Assembly: GCA_964389655.1 (NCBI GenBank)
Contig: CAYMED010000022.1
Location: forward strand, 1 to 28,198
Source: an uncultured Candidatus Poseidoniales archaeon
Lineage (GTDB): Archaea; Thermoplasmatota; Poseidoniia; Poseidoniales; CAYMED01
DNA: 28,198 nucleotides
Reading direction: 5' to 3'
Shown one piece after another: positions 24,838-28,198 of this stretch. Under the pieces are notes generated by a model. It made no database searches, was not told the origin of the DNA, and saw nothing but the letters and a program-made list of their open reading frames with translations. Position 1 is the stretch's first letter, and each line of letters starts with the position of its first letter. Both the position numbers and the translations under genes were made by a program.

Positions 24838-27693
24838 TCAAATATCTTGCCAACCAACTCCATTCCACCACTGAATCCTACCATCTGCCATTTTACGCCA
24901 TGTGTGGCCTGCTTCATCGGTCCATTGTTGAGGAAGAAAAACCGGCATGGCTGATATTTCCTGATGGGGATCAAATTGATTCCCTATTCCCCCACTCCCT
25001 TTCCTAACCAACACAGTAATGGAGAGGAAGATGATGACAATAACCACTCCCATGACAATGAATTGTAATCCAAAGAGATTGCCACGGTTCTCAGTACTCT
25101 CAGCTGCCTTCTCCAACACACCTTCTGTGTTCATATCTTCCACTTCTTTGGTCTGATTTTGGACTGATATGCTCGAGGAGGAATTTGTTTCTTGTGTCGT
25201 GCTCTGATTCTTGGTCAAATTAGGACCAAATGTATCGTTAACTGCTTGCGTCGTGTTCTCAAATAGTGTGCCATTATGAGATGAGTTGTCGTTTGGATTA
25301 TGCTCATTCTCTCCATCATCCTCCTCTTTGGTGACATTTTCAGAAATCTCAACGCCCAATATGTGTCTATGAAATGCACCCGAATCGTTGTACGTCTCGA
25401 TTCTTAGAATCCATTCACCTGGAGCAAGACTTGTTGTGTCCCATTCGTATGGGGAGATAACAAGATCATCTTCTAAGACCCGTTCAAGGGTGCCGTCTTC
25501 CTTTAGAAGGTCGAGGCGAACCGCAGCGCTGTCAGGAAGAATCGCATCAAGAGACCAAGTGATGGGGACATCTCCCGATAAATTCCCATCAGGAATATGA
25601 AGTTGCAGGGGGCCTGATGCTTCATCCATGACAACCGTCAGCACCACTGTAGTCTCATCTGCATCCTCACCATCATCAACACGTAGTGTGACTGAAGTAC
25701 TACCTTCAGGAAATTGCAGGGTCACCTGTTCTGTCGTACCTATCTCGCCCCATTTCGTAGAGGTCCACAGATATTCGAGTGGCTCCATCTCTGGATCTGT
25801 CGAGCCCACTGCTGAGAGGGTAAATGGGTTGGAAACCTCCCATTCATCAATAGGGTTCTCCGTCCCTCCTGTGATCAGGGACATTGTTGCAATGGGTGCT
25901 TCATTCGGAATCTCATTAATGACTACTGTTCGATTCACCCAGATTTCATGCCCTCGTTCATCAGAGGCAAGAAGTGTAATTTGGTGTATTCCAAGTGAAA
26001 GATTGCTAGTGATAAATGTAGATTGATTAGACAGAATTCCGTCAATACTGCTACTCCATTGAAATGTGATCAGATCACCGTCCGGGTCTTTAGATCCTGA
26101 TGCATCGAATTGAATTGCAGAACCGATGATGTAGGTCTCTCCTTCATTGGGAGAACTCAGGATGATATTAGGGGCAGAATTTCTATCTTCAAATTCAAGC
26201 AGGAATGCGGCTGCGTGTTGGGTCTGATTTGAGTTTGTATACCAAATGCGCGTGAAGATCCCGTCGATTAGAGAATCTCCATCAAAATCACCCCAGCCGC
26301 CCGCGGTAGCATAGATGCTCCCCGTCAGAAGGCTACTGGTCCATTCCAATGTTCTCATTTCAGCATCAAAGACGTGAATCTCAGTGGTGAAGCGCGTCGG
26401 TTCTACGAAAAGGATGAGTTCGAGGCGATTGTCGTTGTCGACGTCATAGATTTGTGTGGTCACCTGCTCGCCGAGATATCCCGTTGTCCATTTCAACTGA
26501 TATGATGTCCCATTACGAATGTCGACGCGACCATCCGTAGAGATGAGAAGCTCCCCCCACCCATCGTTATCGATGTCTTTGGCAATCCCATAGATGCTTT
26601 GATTCGCTGTCGTGTTCCATAGTAGCAGTCCATTTGATGAATTACGAACCTCTAGTTCTTTCTGACCTCGTTTCATGATCAACTCCATCCCGGGCGAGGA
26701 TGCATCGACTTCAGCAGGATTAGCATAGATGAATGACTCACTAGGCCCCACCACCCATTGTTCTTGCATACTTGGACCATCTCGAACGGCAAAAGAGTAG
26801 AGGGTGCTCCCATTCACGCTTGCATGGCGCATCTCGAGAATTTCGAGCTGCGGATCCGCGTCAATGTCTAGGAACCAAGAGTTGCTGATGTGATCCTTCC
26901 AACCTGTGGACCATTCCTCCTGGAGTGTTGCTCCATCATAGGATGTGATTCGACTAGAATATATTGGGATGCTTGTGCCAGAGACCCAAGAATGGTTCCA
27001 TTCCGTGACGACCAATTCAATGTCTCCATCAGCGTCGTGGTCATTCGCAACCAAATTGAAGTTGGATGAATGATTGACTGCACTCCAAATAGGAGTTCGG
27101 GTGGTGCCATCGAGGACTTCGTAATATTTTCCTCCAGAGTTGGTCCAGATGTTGATTAGATCAAGGCCCCCATCGCCGTCAACATCGGCTTCCATGCCCC
27201 AGACGGATGCTTCATAGTCGCTTGAGAGCCACTCTGTCTGGTGGCTTGCCCCTCCGATGATTCGGATATCGCCCTGCACGGCAGACCCGCTACCATTGAA
27301 TGTACGTAAGATCATCTCTTGATCGCCATCATTATCGATGTCGTTGATGCTCAATGATGTATATACTTCAAAATCGGGGGAGGTCCATTCATAGTTGGGT
27401 TGGTTGGTGGATGAGGGTGATATGACGCGGATGAATGCGTGTTGGTCATTGGATCCATCAATATACGATGATACTAACACTTCTTCGACGTCCCCATCAT
27501 CATCTATATCGGCCCTATAAGTATAGACATTATTCAAGTCCCCCGTGTCCCACTGTACCATTCCATAATTCGACGAGCGAGGCATAGATCGCCACTGCTC
27601 TCTATTATCAAAACTAGGATTGAAAGTGGAGGGAGGAGATAGAATGACCGCTGCGAAGAGTGCGAGGACTAGGAACACCGCCCTGCTCGACAT
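24838..27693 (-). CDS. Large membrane-anchored surface protein: FG-GAP/VCBS-like repeats, two PKD/Ig-like domains, a sequon-rich stalk, a TM helix and a Trp-rich C-terminal tail
   Basis: Signal peptide MSSRAVFLVLALFAAVIL; repeated DxDxDGxxE/D motifs (DIDDDGDVEE, DIDNDGDQE, DVDGDGGLD, DIDNDGWGE, DFDGDSLID); PKD-like FDASGSKDPDGD.ITFQWSS and LSAVGSTDPE...Y.W; TM LQFIVMGVVIVIIFLSITVLV. Confidence 0.88.
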   Translation of the reverse strand: MSSRAVFLVLALFAAVILSPPSTFNPSFDNREQWRSMPRSSNYGMVQWDTGDLNNVYTYRADIDDDGDVEEVLVSSYIDGSNDQHAFIRVISPSSTNQPNYEWTSPDFEVYTSLSINDIDNDGDQEMILRTFNGSGSAVQGDIRIIGGASHQTEWLSSDYEASVWGMEADVDGDGGLDLINIWTNSGGKYYEVLDGTTRTPIWSAVNHSSNFNLVANDHDADGDIELVVTEWNHSWVSGTSIPIYSSRITSYDGATLQEEWSTGWKDHISNSWFLDIDADPQLEILEMRHASVNGSTLYSFAVRDGPSMQEQWVVGPSESFIYANPAEVDASSPGMELIMKRGQKELEVRNSSNGLLLWNTTANQSIYGIAKDIDNDGWGELLISTDGRVDIRNGTSYQLKWTTGYLGEQVTTQIYDVDNDNRLELILFVEPTRFTTEIHVFDAEMRTLEWTSSLLTGSIYATAGGWGDFDGDSLIDGIFTRIWYTNSNQTQHAAAFLLEFEDRNSAPNIILSSPNEGETYIIGSAIQFDASGSKDPDGDLITFQWSSSIDGILSNQSTFITSNLSLGIHQITLLASDERGHEIWVNRTVVINEIPNEAPIATMSLITGGTENPIDEWEVSNPFTLSAVGSTDPEMEPLEYLWTSTKWGEIGTTEQVTLQFPEGSTSVTLRVDDGEDADETTVVLTVVMDEASGPLQLHIPDGNLSGDVPITWSLDAILPDSAAVRLDLLKEDGTLERVLEDDLVISPYEWDTTSLAPGEWILRIETYNDSGAFHRHILGVEISENVTKEEDDGENEHNPNDNSSHNGTLFENTTQAVNDTFGPNLTKNQSTTQETNSSSSISVQNQTKEVEDMNTEGVLEKAAESTENRGNLFGLQFIVMGVVIVIIFLSITVLVRKGSGGIGNQFDPHQEISAMPVFLPQQWTDEAGHTWRKMADGRIQWWNGVGWQDI

Positions 27694-27860
27694 GATTCTC
27701 CTTTCTTGTCAGTGGATATGAAACCCTCTGCTAGAGACCTAATGTCAAGATTAAAATCGCGAGAAAAGATAATGATTGGATCAACCACAACCAACGGCGG
27801 TGAATTCACAACCCATGGGTGAATCTGAAGACTAATAATTCACCATTGCTTCGCTAAGTT

Positions 27861-28187
27861 ATGAATGAGTTATCGCAGAAAAGTTGCAAGGCATGTGAGG
27901 GTGGGATACCACCATTGACCGAGAGTGAGAGAAGAGAGTTCCTTCCACAATTGAATGGTGATTGGTCCGTCATCGCAGGGCATCATCTCGAGCGATTATG
28001 GACATTCGATGACTTCGTTCAAGCCCTCGAATTCACGAACAGAGCAGGTGATATCTGTGAAGAAGAAGGACATCATGCGAACTTCGAGCTCGGGTGGGGT
28101 CGGGTGAAAACACTGATCTGGACGCACAAGATCGATGGTCTGAGCGAGGCGGATTTCATTCTCGCGGCCAAGTTCGATCACATCTGA
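27861..28187 (+). CDS. phhB: Pterin-4-alpha-carbinolamine dehydratase
   Basis: C.ACEGG..PL, F.DF..AL.F.N, EEEGHH, WTH.IDGLSEADFILAAK.D. Confidence 0.93.
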   Translation: MNELSQKSCKACEGGIPPLTESERREFLPQLNGDWSVIAGHHLERLWTFDDFVQALEFTNRAGDICEEEGHHANFELGWGRVKTLIWTHKIDGLSEADFILAAKFDHI

Positions 28188-28198
28188 AGGGAGAGAGT

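Noticed and set aside
24723-25007. 94-aa plus-strand ORF in the long intergenic gap
   Set aside because: More than half overlaps the 3' end of the surface-protein gene on the opposite strand; no recognisable motif.

Overview
A gene-dense archaeal chromosomal window. Rpo12, an RFC small subunit, Dph5, a Trm5-family enzyme, a split GMP synthase subunit A and archaeal-type tRNAs point to Archaea. The gene mix and the large membrane-anchored surface proteins suggest Thermoplasmatota, probably Marine Group II/III (inference). There are about 25 CDSs and three intronless tRNAs: Leu-GAG, Arg-CCT and Asp-GTC. I see no CRISPR array, integrase or transposase. The ORF track misses two genes: a >1,150-aa minus-strand M6-peptidase-like surface protein running off the left edge, and the 51-aa rpo12. 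It also truncates a small membrane protein that appears to start at a non-canonical ATA/ATT codon. The main pattern is that five or six recognisable enzyme or signalling folds have lost key catalytic residues: the M6 peptidase, an SdhA-like flavoprotein, a class II aldolase/adducin domain, a PIMT-TPR fusion, a receiver domain, and partly the RFC subunit. The best candidate for an undescribed system is the adducin-like protein, with a Pro-rich N-terminus, a coiled coil, an acidic Trp motif and a GGP-repeat tail. All family assignments come from motif recognition by eye, not from database searches.
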